64,000 bases of DNA from positions 111,540,001 to 111,604,000 of the forward strand of contig NC_045696.1 in the NCBI RefSeq assembly GCF_009834535.1, written 5' to 3'. The notes beneath the pieces were generated by a model, which saw nothing but the letters and a program-made list of their open reading frames with translations, did not search any database and was not told the origin of the DNA. Positions 13,406 to 25,225 of the stretch are shown one piece after another. Numbering within the stretch: the first letter of the stretch is position 1; the number at the start of each line of letters is the position of its first letter. The DNA is from Camelus ferus. Taxonomy: Eukaryota. Position numbers and translations under genes: made by a program.

Positions 13406-14476
13406 TAAAACCTATTTGACTTTTCTAGCTGTGCTGGCTATGCTAATTTGCCTGGATCTTTCTTTTTTTTTTTTTTTAATCTCCCCCAAAGTCTGCTTGT
13501 TGATTTAACTGAGAGGAGACATACTTGGAGACGAAATATCTCTCTTGTACATTTAATGCTTCTGTATTTGAGCTTGGATCTTAGTTCACACAAAACCTTG
13601 ATCAAGTGAGGTCACAGAGGATGTTTGCAGGCACTGATGGTACAAGCTGGCATTTCTAAGCCTTGTTCACAATGGTAGACACGCTCTCGAGAAAATCCCT
13701 GTGCTAGACGAACCCCAGTCTCTCCTCTTAATAACATTATCTGGTGTCTAGAAAGGACCTTTGAACACAGGTAGTCCTTTTGTGACCACTGATGCAGGCC
13801 CCTGGCAGGAAGGCTGTCCCTGTGTTTCATCACACTCTCGGTCATAAAATGACAAATTCTGGTCCACGTCCGTTTCTGCGGCTGGCTTTGGCCATTTTTA
13901 GAAGCGGATAGTATATCCCCAAATAGCTTACCTTTAATTCATGTGGCAGAAGGACACTGCATCCTGTTACTCATTTTTGTCACAGAAAATGAGCTGGTTT
14001 TATGATTCCATTTTTCAGATGGGAGAATTTCGGCAGGGTCTCCAGGGCAAATCCTGTTTGAGCCGGCAGGTCTCCGTTCTCCATTCTGGAACCACCTACG
14101 CATACATCTGCAGGTTAACTTTGTAATCTCTAAAGCATTCATGTTTTATTTCTTTGTTGGTTTTTATTTTTTAAAAGAAAATTAACAACTTTATACGACT
14201 TAAAGATTTTTTGCTCATTTTTTAGAGTGCAGATCTTGTCAGTATACAATTTCATTCCTTTTATTACTGAGCTGGCAAGTACCTTCACTTGCGTGTTCGA
14301 TGGCTGGAGCTAAAACTCCCCATGGAACGACTTAGTTCCATACACAATCTGTGAATAGTGGTTCTCAGAAATTCAGGCTGAAACTGTTACAAGAAGTATT
14401 TCAGATCCTCTGTCTATGCCTCAGTCTCTAGATCACAATTTTTTGACCCCACCTCTCAGAGTCTTCTTTTTTATTA

Positions 14477-14693
14477 CAGTTGTCCTGTGAACAATGTGGG
14501 GGTTAGGGATGCTGACCCCCATGCAGTTGAAAATCTACATATAACTTTACAGTTGGCCCTTACATCCCAGGTTCTGCATTTTCGGATTCAACTAACTTCA
14601 GACCATGTGGTACTATAGAATGTATTTACTGAAAAATACCCACATATAAGTGGATTCACACAGGTCAAACCCGTGTTCTTCAAGGGTCATCTG
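14477..14693. mobile_element. Tigger2/MER8-type MITE (TcMar-Tigger)
   Basis: TIRs cagttgtcctgtgaacaa / ttcttcaagggtcatctg; TA on the left flank. Confidence 0.85.
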
Positions 14694-14907
14694 TGTATCC
14701 ATGTATTATACATAACAAACATCAAAATGTAATATGGAGAGCACTTCAAGAAGTTGAAGGCAGAAACTTTTCAATCAGCTTTATTCAGAAGACTGTGTAA
14801 TTTTTTTTTTAAAGCACAAGCCATTGGGGTCGAGGCTGCCTGGATTTATTCACGAGACCCCACTTCCTATATTGAATGCATAGCACTAAGCAGCTTCCAT
14901 TTATCTT

Positions 14908-15303
14908 TGTCAGAAACAAAACGACAGCCCCAGTGGAGTCACTTATGCTAAGCCCCACGTCATCAAACTGATACTTAACTTTTATTAGTTTCAGCTCTTC
15001 AAGAAATGGAATCTTAAATTCCAGTCAATCAGGAATCGCCTGATCAGCATCAATTACATAATTTGCCTGATAGACGTCTGATGTCCATCCCTTAAAGGAA
15101 AGCAACCTTGCAATAACCAACCCACTTCTTGCCTAGTGTAATTTCCTTGTTCCTGCTCTATTCTACCTATAAAAGTCCTTCATTTTGTACAACTTCTTGG
15201 AGCTCCTTTCTATTTGTTAAATTGGATGCTATCAGATTTGAATCAATGTTGGCTCAAATAAACTTTTAGAATTTTTAATATGCCTCAGTTTAATCTCTTA
15301 ACA
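14908..15303 (+). mobile_element. ERV1 solo LTR, MER34-like
   Basis: TG...CA termini, TATA-like ctataaaa near 15168, AATAAA near 15257. Confidence 0.75.
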
Positions 15304-15464
15304 CCCTCTATGGAATAAAAGCTTGCCAGCAGAGACAAGCAAAACAATGTAGAGTTGGAATATATTGGCACATGGTGTGCACTACCTGTGTTTATTTCAT
15401 TTCTGGGTCCCTTCCCTTCCGGATGGTCCCAGCCTACAAACCATTGTATTATATGCTGGCTGAC

Positions 15465-15712
15465 AGCCTGGGCTCTGGTCTTAGACGACCCAAGTTTATA
15501 TCTACCTCTGCCACTTACTGTGTGATTTTGGATGAGTTAATTCACCTCTCTGTGCTGCAATTCCCTGACTTATAAAATGGAGATAACAACACAGGTTTGT
15601 CCACAGCGTTGTTGGGACAAGTCAACGATTTAGTATGTGTAATGCACACAGCACAGGGCCGAGCAGGTGTGTTAGTAATGTTAGCTATCATCATCACCAT
15701 CCTCATTATTAC
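15465..15712 (+). mobile_element. MIR SINE
   Basis: ctctgccacttactgtgtgattttggatgagttaattcacctctctgtgctgcaattccctgacttataaaatggagataa. Confidence 0.8.
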
Positions 15713-16451
15713 TCTTTAGATTAAACCTTTTACACTTTTGGAAATTACGTCTAACCCGATAGACCACTACTGGTCTTAATAAAGTATCACTTCAGTCCTT
15801 CACTTCAGAAAGTTCCCCCCAAAACAGGTGCTACGTTATAGTAGCAGATTACCCACCGAAAGAATCTACTTGATTATTTATTAATTCCAAAGCAATTTAG
15901 AACATTTTTTACAAATCTGTTCCTCCATCTAAATTTCAAACCCCCACAGCACAGACAGTATTTAAAACAACACAAAACCAAACAGAGGTGTTTCAATAAT
16001 TGGCACAAATGCTTAGTAGTGTCATGGAGAAAACGTGAAAACTTTGTGTTTGGTTGAGGCCTTGGGGATGGAAGATGTCCTGCAGCTTTCTGCATGTCCC
16101 TACCGTAATCTCAGGGCTAATAAAACCCCTTTTCTCTATGGGGATTCTGCGTTGAGTGAGGATTGGAAGGGAGCTGGGCTCTCCAGGGCTCCTGTCTTTC
16201 CAGGCTCAGCCTGAACCTTGCCCTTTATTAACATTGAATTCATTTTGGATAAGCAGAAAAGGGATGCAAAGCTTACACTTTTTCCAAAGGCTAAACCAGC
16301 AGCAGGGCCAAAGTGGTCTCCCCTGTGTGATAAAATCTTGGTCCTTCCCCTTGCTTGGTATTTAGGATGCTGTGCATTTGAAAGGAGAGGCAGTGAGCCC
16401 AGCCGACTTGTAGGAGCACAGATCTCTTTGACAGCAGGGCCCCAGAGGGAC

Positions 16452-16889
16452 TGAGACAGGAAGGAAGGGGGCAGGGCACAGCCACTGAAGGAATGACACA
16501 GCAACTGAGGACAGGACGGACTGGTTAGAACCAAGAGGGCAGAAGGTTTGACTTCCAGTTGACCTTGAGTCTCATGGCACAGCCACAGAGCCATGAGAGT
16601 TCCTAGGCTGACCAGAAAGATCAAAAAGTGGGCAGGGCCTAATTCCCAGAAATCCCCGCCCCTTCCCCAAGATAGTTGGAATAATCCTCCTGCTCATTAG
16701 CATATGAAATTACCAAGCCTATAGAAACTAACAACTCCCCACCTCTGGTCGCTCTCTCCCTTGCCTTGTGGGACAGCCCGCACTCTGTCTATGGAGTGTG
16801 TGTCTCTCTAAATAAACTTGCTTTCACTTTACCATGCCTTGCTCTTGAATTCTTCCCTGTACAAGGCAAGAACCTGTTCTCCCACAACA
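16452..16889 (+). mobile_element. ERV1 solo LTR, cetartiodactyl MER41-like
   Basis: Starts tgagacaggaaggaagggggcagggcaca, ends aagaacc...cacaaca; ctctgtctatggagtgtg...aataaacttgctttcactt block typical of MER41 LTRs. Confidence 0.75.
16643..16651 (+). promoter_or_regulatory. GAS (STAT) motif TTCCCAGAA within the MER41-like LTR
   Basis: Exact TTCNNNGAA match; followed by GC box ccccgcccc. Motif only, activity untested. Confidence 0.45.
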
Positions 16890-17074
16890 GAATTATCCAG
16901 CAACTCTTGCTGCAGAGGGTCAAGCTCTGCCCTGTGTTCCCTTTCTCAACTCAGTTACAAACTCTGTTTTAAATTCTGTGAATGCCCCCAACATCTTTCC
17001 AATCCATTCTTCATTTTTCCTTAAGTTAAACAAAGTTTATTGCTGGTGATGGCAACAAATGTCATCTTTACAGA

Positions 17075-17765
17075 TACACTTATTGAGCACTTATTATAAG
17101 TCTCACACTGGGCTGTGTGTCTTGTCGACTGAAATAAATGCGCAGCCTAAAAGTTGAGAGTTATGTTTTGTTTGGCGGGAAGACGAGCCAGGATGACAGC
17201 CTGTCAGATCGCTCTGAGGGACTGCTCCGAAGAGGTAGGGGAGGAGCTAGGATATATAGGAGTTTTACAACAAAGACCAGGTAGTTGGAATATTAAAAGA
17301 TTATTTGTTAACTAAAGAAGAACAGGCATCTCAAGTTAAAGAATTTAGTGCTTTTCTATGTATGGGAGGCAGCAAACACTTGGGCTCACTGAATTCATTC
17401 GTTTGACAAGCACCTAGCTATCTAGGGCCAGTATCCTGTCCTTTCTTATTCTGAGTCCCCTCAGGGTGCACCACTGTGAGTGGCTGCAGAGGCCGGGCTG
17501 CAGGCTTGTCTTCACTAGGGGGTGGCGGCAGCTGCTGATGACTTGATGGCTTCAGCATTCTTTGTTTACTGATATGGTTTGCAGTATTTTTCACTCACAG
17601 TCTTTACCCCTGATCTTCACAACAAGTACTGTTATCATCAGCTTCCATTTTACAGATGGGAAGACTGTGGCAGAGAGAGGTTGCATGACTTTTCTCAAGT
17701 CTCACAGCTAGTTGGTAGGAATGCTGTGGTTTGAACCCACACAGATGAGCTTGAACGCACCTGCG
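17075..17765 (-). mobile_element. MIR SINE interrupted by an LTR
   Basis: cacttattgagcacttatta... upstream; ccattttacagatgggaagactgtggcagagagaggtt downstream. Confidence 0.7.
17123..17599 (-). mobile_element. Relatively young ERV1-class solo LTR
   Basis: TG...CA termini with perfect 4-bp TSD GTCT (17119-17122, 17600-17603); several CpGs retained. Confidence 0.88.
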
Positions 17766-18523
17766 ATGTCCCTGTGCTCCTGGATGGGTTCCCCCCGGAC
17801 GGGTTCCTTGAGGCACAAAGCATTTGTCATGCCTGGAGTGACGGTGACATTAAAACAACTGAGATGTGAGGGATGGGCCACTTCTGACTGAGCAGGACTG
17901 AAAAGATGTCATTTCCACTGACTTGAGACCAAAAATTAAAATAATAAAGGGACAAGTGCATCTTAGATAAGTGAAAATGTCCACTTCCAGGGACAAGATT
18001 GCTGCAGAAGGAGCCAGCTTTGCACTGACAGACTCACCGAGAAGGTACCTGAAGTACCGAAGGCTCAGAATTCCCAGGGTGACTGAGAGCAGGACAGAGT
18101 ACCCACCCGAGCTGCCTCTTACCCTCCACCCGCTCCCTGCTCACTCCAGCCCCCTCGCACCCCCCTTCTCTGTTGGTTTCTTCACTGCTTTTGAAGAGCT
18201 GACTCATTCCTACTTTTTCTATATCTGAATCTACCTTTTCTTGGTGCATCCAGGTAGCCAGGTCACCCCTGAAGTAGGAACGTGGCCTTGGAGGGACTTA
18301 GACTGGAACCATCCCAGGCAAGGCTCCTAAGTGGAGAGGGTGACAGAGGTCAAGCATGACCGTAACCGCCATGCGTTGCAAGCCTGCCATGTGCCAGCCC
18401 AGCGCCGAGCTCCTTCTGTGCCCTCTCATCCCATCCACGCCCCTTCCTGTCAGGTAGGCGTTATTTCTCTGATTTTAGAAATACAGAAACTAAGACTAAG
18501 AGACTGATGGAACTGGTCCAAAA

Positions 18524-18895
18524 GTGTGTCAGCCAGGATTCCTTTGATTGCAGGTCACAGGACCTAACTCTGGCATACAGAAAGAGGCACCAGTTGACTA
18601 GAAGTTGGTAGCCCTCGCATTCACAGAGAACCAGAAAACAAGACAAACACAGGGCCACTCCCAGTTCAGGAATTACTCAAATAGTTGGTCCAGGGTTTCT
18701 ATCAGGACAAGTGGGAGCTACCATCTTTGTCAGGCCTTACTCAAGACTCAGATCCTAGGAGAGTCATGGCTTAGCTAGGAAAGGGCAGACACCTAGACTG
18801 ACGTTCCCACCAGGAGAGACCACAAAGAGGAAAGAGGTTCCCCCAAGGGGAATCAAATGCTGTCAGGAAGGAGGGTGTGCAAAAAATGCGATCTG
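18524..18895 (-). mobile_element. Old MaLR LTR (MLT1J-L-like) nested in a MIR
   Basis: tgtgtcagccaggattcctttgattgcaggtcacag start; MIR resumes as gtggcagacacaggattcaaacc. Confidence 0.45.
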
Positions 18896-19110
18896 CCCAA
18901 AGTGGCAGACACAGGATTCAAACCGAGGTCCTTCTGAGACAAAGCTGGAGCACCTTTCTTGGTGTCTGTGAAGTAGGCGGGAGGTAGGTCAGGGTAGCTA
19001 CTGATGCTTGAGCTTTAATTAAACTGACATGGAACAGAGCCCAGGGCCAGAGACAGAGCAGGAGCTTCATAAGTTCTTGTTGTGCAGACAAACCAAAAAG
19101 ATGCATAAGA

Positions 19111-20017
19111 CTGGTGTGAGGTGATACCTCATTGTAGCTTTGATTTGCATTTCTCTAATAATTAGCATTTTTTCTTGTGCCTATTGGCCATTTGTACATC
19201 TTCATTGGAGAAATGTCTGTTTGAGACTTCTGCCCATTTTTCTTATTGGATTGTTTATTTTTTAGTTACTGAGTTACACGAGCTATTAGTATACTCTGGA
19301 AATTAAGCCCTTGTCAGTCTCATCATTGGAACATATTTTCTCCCATTCCATAGGTTGTTTTCTCCTTTTGTTTATAGTTTTCCTTGCACAGCAAAAGCTT
19401 GTAAGTTTAATTAGGTTCTATTTGTTTGTTTCTGCTTTTATTTCTATTGCCCCGGTAGACTGCCCTAGGAGAACATCACTAAGATTTATGTCAGAGAACG
19501 TTTTGCCGATGATTTCTTCTAGGAGGTTTATCATGTTTTGTCTTATGTTTAAGTCTTTAAGCCATTTTGAATTTATTTTTGTGCATGGTGGGAGGGAGTA
19601 CTCTAACTTCATTGATTTACAGGCAACTGTCCGGTTTTCCCAACACCATCAGCTGAAGAAACTGTCTTTACTCCATTGTATGTTCTTGCCTCCTTTGTCA
19701 AGGATTAATTAACTGTAGGTGTGTTGGTTCATTTCTAGGCTCTCTATTCTGACCCATTAATCCATATGTCTGTTTTTGTGCCAATATCACGCTGTTTTAA
19801 TTACTATAGCTCTGTGGTATTATCTCAAGTCTGAGAGGATTATTCCTCCAGCTCAATTCTTTTCTTCAGTATTACTTTGGTGATTCTGGGTCTTTTGTGA
19901 TTCCATATAAATTTTAAGATTATTTGTTCTAGTTCTGTGGAAAATGTCATGCATAATTTGATAAGGATCACATTAGATCTGTAGATTGCTTTGGGTAGTA
20001 TGGTCATTTTAACAATA
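19111..20017 (-). mobile_element. Inverted 5' segment of an L1 (ORF2)
   Basis: Minus peptide MKLEYSLPPCTKINSKWLKDLNIRQ...LLEEIIGKT; abuts the forward segment. Confidence 0.92.
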
Positions 20018-20838
20018 AACTACAATGAGGTATATCACCTGACACCAGTCAAAATGGCCATCACTATAAAGTCCACAAACAATAAATGCTGGAGAGGGTG
20101 TGGAGAAAAGGAACCCTCCTACACTGCTGGTGGGAATGTAGTTTGGTGCAGCCACTGTGGAAAACATTATAAAGATTCCTTAAAAAACTAAAAATACACT
20201 TACCTTATGATCCAACAATCCGCTCCTGGGCATATATCTGGAGGAACCTCTAATTCAAAAAGATACATGCACCAATGTCCATAGCAGCACTATTCACAAT
20301 AGCCAAGACATGGAAAAAACCTAAATGCCCATCAACAGATGACTGGATAAAGAAGCTGTGGTCTATTTATACAATAGAATACTAGTCAGCCATAAAAAAA
20401 AATAATAAAATACTGCCATTTGCAGCAACATGGATGGATCTGGAGATCATCATGCTAAGTGAAGTAAGTCAGAAAGAGAAAGAAAAATACCATATGGTAT
20501 CACTTATATGTGGAATCTTAAAAAAATGACACAAATGAACTTATCTACAAAATGGAAATACCCACAGAAAACAAACTTGTGGTTACAGGTGGGGGGGGAA
20601 TAAATTGGGAGTTCGGGATTTGCAGATAACAGCTACTATCTATAAAATAGATAAACAACAAGGTTCTACTGTATAGCACAGGGAACTGTATTCAGTACCT
20701 TGGAATAGCCTATAATGAAAAAGAATATAAAAAGGAGCATATATATATGTGTGTGTGTGTGTGTGTGTATATAATTGTATGTTGTACACCAGAAATTAAC
20801 ACAACATTTTAAATTGACTATACTTCAGTTAAAAAAAT
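20018..20838 (+). mobile_element. Forward 3' segment of the same L1 (ORF2 end, 3'UTR, A-tail)
   Basis: YHLTPVKMA...[21 protein letters not shown]; 17-bp TSD caaaaag(a/t)tgcataaga at 19094-19110 and 20839-20855. Confidence 0.93.
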
Positions 20839-22304
20839 CAAAAAGTTGCATAAGAAAGCCCAGAAGCTGATGCTGTGACTCCCTCCTACCCTTGGATATA
20901 GGCACTCTGTGTCATTCTCAGAGCTTATCTATTTGAACCATGTGTGACTTGAGAGGCTGAATTAGAATTAGATGCATGAGCTCTCCTTTTCTTATAAAAC
21001 CCAGACACGGTCAGCATAACCCCCATCACACAGGAGTGAGCAGTCTAGCTGGTCTGTATGAGTCCAGGCAACACACACAAGGAGTCTTCTTCTTGGGGGC
21101 AAATAAAGTAAATCACAGTCTGCACAGATTACTTCCTGTTTTCAAAAGCAACCTGGATGGTTCTTAGAAGAAAAGGCTATGAGCCTGTCATTCTATGCTC
21201 TTCCTAATTCAGAATCTCCGGGCCTATTGAAAGAAGCAGATATAAAGGGTCGTGCTGTTTCAGTGAAAGAGAGAACAACGAAGGAGCTGGTAATTGGGGG
21301 TCAGAAGGGTAAGGTCATTCTCAAGATATCAGATTTCTCTGTTGGAGCTTCTTTGGCTCAGAGATCTAGGAGAGGATTTTTTATCTTTAAAGCATTCTTT
21401 GGACTTAATGTAAAAATTAAACTCTGGCAGAGCTGTACCTTTACAGCTGGACCCACTGGTCCTGTGACCCGTGGCATTCACAGGGTCATACATTACCTGA
21501 GGTGGAGCAATTTGATGTTCATTTGGGTTCAAAATGAGATCTGAGCCATGAGATTAAGAGCTGGAAAAAGCACTAGGTTAATTTCTGTCATTTTCAAGGT
21601 CAGGCTCCCACTGTAATAGCTCAAAATAGTTCATTGCTGAAAGAGTAAGAAAGCTGCTAAGGTGAACAAAGACGAGGGCGGGCCTAAACATCACCAGCCC
21701 CTGTCAGAGAAGCTGAGTGTTTTCCTAGGTGAGGATGGGATTTTAAAAAGAAAGAACCACACTCTTGTAAACTGAAAAAAAAAAAAAAACTCAAAACAAA
21801 ATTCATATAAAATACGTTATTTTTATAACTATTATTCAGAGCTTAATATACTTGCTTTATATCCCTAGCAAGGGGCTTTGGAGAAACAACCTAAACTGTT
21901 TTCTTTCTTATGAATGAAAAAGGGTATTATGACCACTCAGAGAAGAGGGAAAAAGCAACAGTGCTCAATAACCTTGAACTCAAGTTTCCTTCAACCTCCG
22001 AGACATTGCAAATTCTGCAGTTCTTTTTTAATAATGAGAATCATAGGTAAGGAGGATCTGTAATTTGGATAATTCAAGTTCATTACTATTTTTTTCAGTA
22101 ACACACTTTAAACTAAGATCACAACAGAAGGGGTGTGTTTGATGAACCAACCATTATAGAGATTGCAATTAAGCTCCATTATGAAGATCCAATGAGGGGA
22201 AACTGAAGAATTTCTCAGTGTCCTATAGATCATGGGATGCTCAACTTCTTACCCGTTCTTTCTACATGGTAGAAAATGATAATGTTACAATTCAAAGTAG
22301 TTCA

Positions 22305-22998
22305 GTGTGGAGATTACTCAAAAGACTAAAAATAGACTTACTATATGATCCAGCAATCCTACTCCTGGGCATATATCCAGAGGAAACCTTAATTCAAAAA
22401 CACACCTGCACCTCAATGTCCATAGCAAAACTATTTACAATAACCAAGTCATGGAAACAACATAAATGTCCATTGACAGATGACTGGATAAAGAAGCTGT
22501 GGTATATTTATACAATGGAATACTACTCAGCCATAAAAAAGAATGAAATAATGCCATTTGCAGCAACATGGTTGGACCTGGAGATTATCATTCTAAGTAA
22601 AGACAGAAAGAGAAAGAAAAATACCATATGATATCACTTACATGTGGAATCTAAAAAAAAAAAAAAAAAGACAAAATCCAGCTTATTTACAAAACAGAAA
22701 CAGACTCAGACATAGAAGACAAACTTATGGTGGTTACGAGGGGGAAGTAAATTAGGAATAAATTAGGAATTCAAGATTTTCAGATATTAATATATATAAA
22801 ATAGATAAATAATGGGTTCATACTGTATAGCAGAGGAAACTATATTTGATATCTTGTAGTAGCTTACAGTGAAAAAGAATATGAAAACGAATGTATGTAT
22901 ATTCATGTATGACTGAAGCATTGTGCTGTACACCAGAAATTGATTCAACATTGTAAACTGACTGTACTTCAATTAAAAAAATACAAATTAAAAGAAAG
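22305..22998 (+). mobile_element. 5'-truncated L1 3' end
   Basis: ORF2 C-terminal peptide YDPAILLLGIYP...WIKKLWYIYTMEYYSAIKKNEIMPFAATW; TSD caaagta(g/a)ttca at 22293-22304 and 22999-23010. Confidence 0.95.
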
Positions 22999-23296
22999 CA
23001 AAGTAATTCAAAACACTAATTTAGACAGAAACGTCCCCTCTCGAGCTTATGATCAACTGTTTCTGTCAAATTTTGGAAGGACAGGAATGCCAATGAGTGG
23101 TTTGCATTGAAAAGGCTTTCCATTTAAAACTAACTGTGGGAATTTTGGATATAATAACATCTTGCTAAATTCTCATTGAAATAGGAAAAATAAAGTGGGT
23201 TTTGAATTTTAAAAAAATCAAACTCTGTGCCATGCTTAAGGACTATCTTAAATAATCTAATAGTGATTCATTTAGTCATTGAGTTTGGTAAGACTT

Positions 23297-23299
<3 letters not shown>

Positions 23300-23336
<37 letters not shown>
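23300..23336. repeat. (CA)n microsatellite
   Basis: About 18 perfect CA units. Confidence 0.97.
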
Positions 23337-23337
<1 letters not shown>

Positions 23338-23377
23338 GATGTATCTACACAATATGTATATACACACACACAGAAGA

Positions 23378-23600
23378 TTGAATCATCCATTTATTCAACA
23401 GACACTTGGTGAGCACATGTTATGAGCCAAGCCCTCTCCTACCAGGCCCTGGGGATACAGCAATAAACAAGACAGCCAGTCTCTGCCTCCATAAGGGAAG
23501 GGAGGGAAGACAGACAACAGACATGCAACCAACCAATTAATGCTACCTTTCATGTCTTGAAAAGAGTGCTAAGAAAAATAAAACAGTATAAATGTGATAA
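23378..23600 (-). mobile_element. L2 LINE 3' fragment
   Basis: catccatttattcaacagacacttggtgagcac...ctggggatacagcaataaacaagacag. Confidence 0.7.
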
Positions 23601-24989
23601 AGCATATATTTTTGAAGATATGTTCAATTGGCACATATACTTTTATGAAATAAATCTTGGTTTTATTTGTCATGTTTCTTTCTACTGTCATTTTCCATTG
23701 TTGCCATTTTAGCCATTCATTTTGCTTTTCTGAGCTGAATAAGCATCGACAATGACTATATTTCTTTTGGGATGGATTGTCTGAGTCTAAATGAATCTCC
23801 TAATACTTTAGTGCTTCTTATTCCAGAATTTATGTCTTAGTAAACTAAAGCAAGAGTTTTAGAATAAATAATTCAATGGCTCAGAAGCTTGACTTCCAGT
23901 TTTGCTTTTACAAATAATACAACTCCAAAAAGTCCATTTTTACTAGACTACCCAGGAAGATATAAATATGTTTTTAACAATTCTAATATATCTTGGATAT
24001 ACCACTTAACACACTTCATACAAAGTCACAACGTTATTGAAGATGAAAAATTAAGATAGTGGCAGAGAAATGAATTATTATCCTCAGAACTGGATTTAGT
24101 TTTGTACATAACAAATGGGAAGGGTGTCTCTGAATCATGACAGACTCTATTTCTTTCTTATTAGTGGCAGCATCAGTTTCTGATGGACAGTTTTTAGAGA
24201 AATCATTCTTGTACTGACACAAACTCTTTAAATTCTTTAATGCACTTTGTTTATTTAATGCACTTTGATTATTCTCATTATTGGGAGCAAGGGATTCTAG
24301 GAAAGGAGAATTCCGTCATGATCCACAAATCTAAATTTAGCCTGAGATTCAATCACTGTCAACTCTATGGCCAGAGCTGCTAAAAAAACAAAAATAAAAA
24401 AATAAGAGAATGCATATTCAGTTCCCTTACCTTTGATTCTCACTGTCATGAAAATGCCTGAGTCAGTGAAATGGCCTGGAGGCAGACAGAAGAAAACAGA
24501 AGCTAAATCTCAATATAACCCCCTGGCTTAAAAACCAATCCCCAGGTTAGAGTTGATTATATTGTCACAGCCTCCAGGATTGTACAAAAAAAACCACTAG
24601 AACTCTCAGAAAAGTGAATAAGATTGCTGTGCCAGGAGAAAGAAAATACAACTCAGTCTTCCTGAAAGTCCCATCTTTAGATGAAGCCATTTAGTCTCAT
24701 TCCCATAGCATCAGATAGTTGGAGGAAAAGAGACAGAGAGAGAGAGAGGATGAAAACTAAAGCTAAAAAAGCCTGGAGAAATAAGACTCAAAATGTGGTA
24801 GAAAAGGCTACTATCTGCAAGCAAACAGCTCCCAAGGACATGGCAGCACTCAGCATCTTCACAGAAAGTGATAACGTCCATCACGATATAGAAAGAAATG
24901 AAGGCATGGTTTTCCCTCCACTGGGGGATCTGGATTTGAACTGCAACTTAGGTGATATTAGGGAAGCGTTGTTGACGATTCATGACTCG

Positions 24990-25225
24990 TGATGATTTTG
25001 AGAGCGTTTGCTCTTGTCTTTGAGAGGGCTGTGCTGATGCACTTGGTGTGGGGGGTGTCCTGACGTCGGACGCTCACGCTTACATGGCTCAAGGGAGATA
25101 AAGCACACACACAGAAAGTAAATGTGACAATATGGCAACAAATGCCGAGTGAAAGTGCTGGCTTTGTGGGTCGCCTCCCTTGCTCAATTCCTTCGCCTTT
25201 TTGATACGTTTGAAAATTCTTACGG
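24990..25225 (+). mobile_element. Ancient L1 (L1MC/ME-type) 3'UTR fragment
   Basis: aaagtaaatgtgacaatatggcaacaaat...tacgtttgaaaattctta end motif; strongly GC-shifted. Confidence 0.5.

Noticed and set aside
16136..16624. 162-aa ORF with a signal-peptide-like N-terminus
   Set aside because: Starts at a non-ATG codon inside the antisense strand of the MER41-like LTR; no recognisable protein family.
20976..21544. Adjacent and overlapping ORFs in unique sequence between two L1s
   Set aside because: No recognisable protein similarity and no convincing acceptor/donor pair; cannot support an exon call.
22218..22631. 137-aa ORF containing the L1 ORF2 C-terminal domain
   Set aside because: Chance read-in from flanking DNA into a 5'-truncated L1; not a gene.
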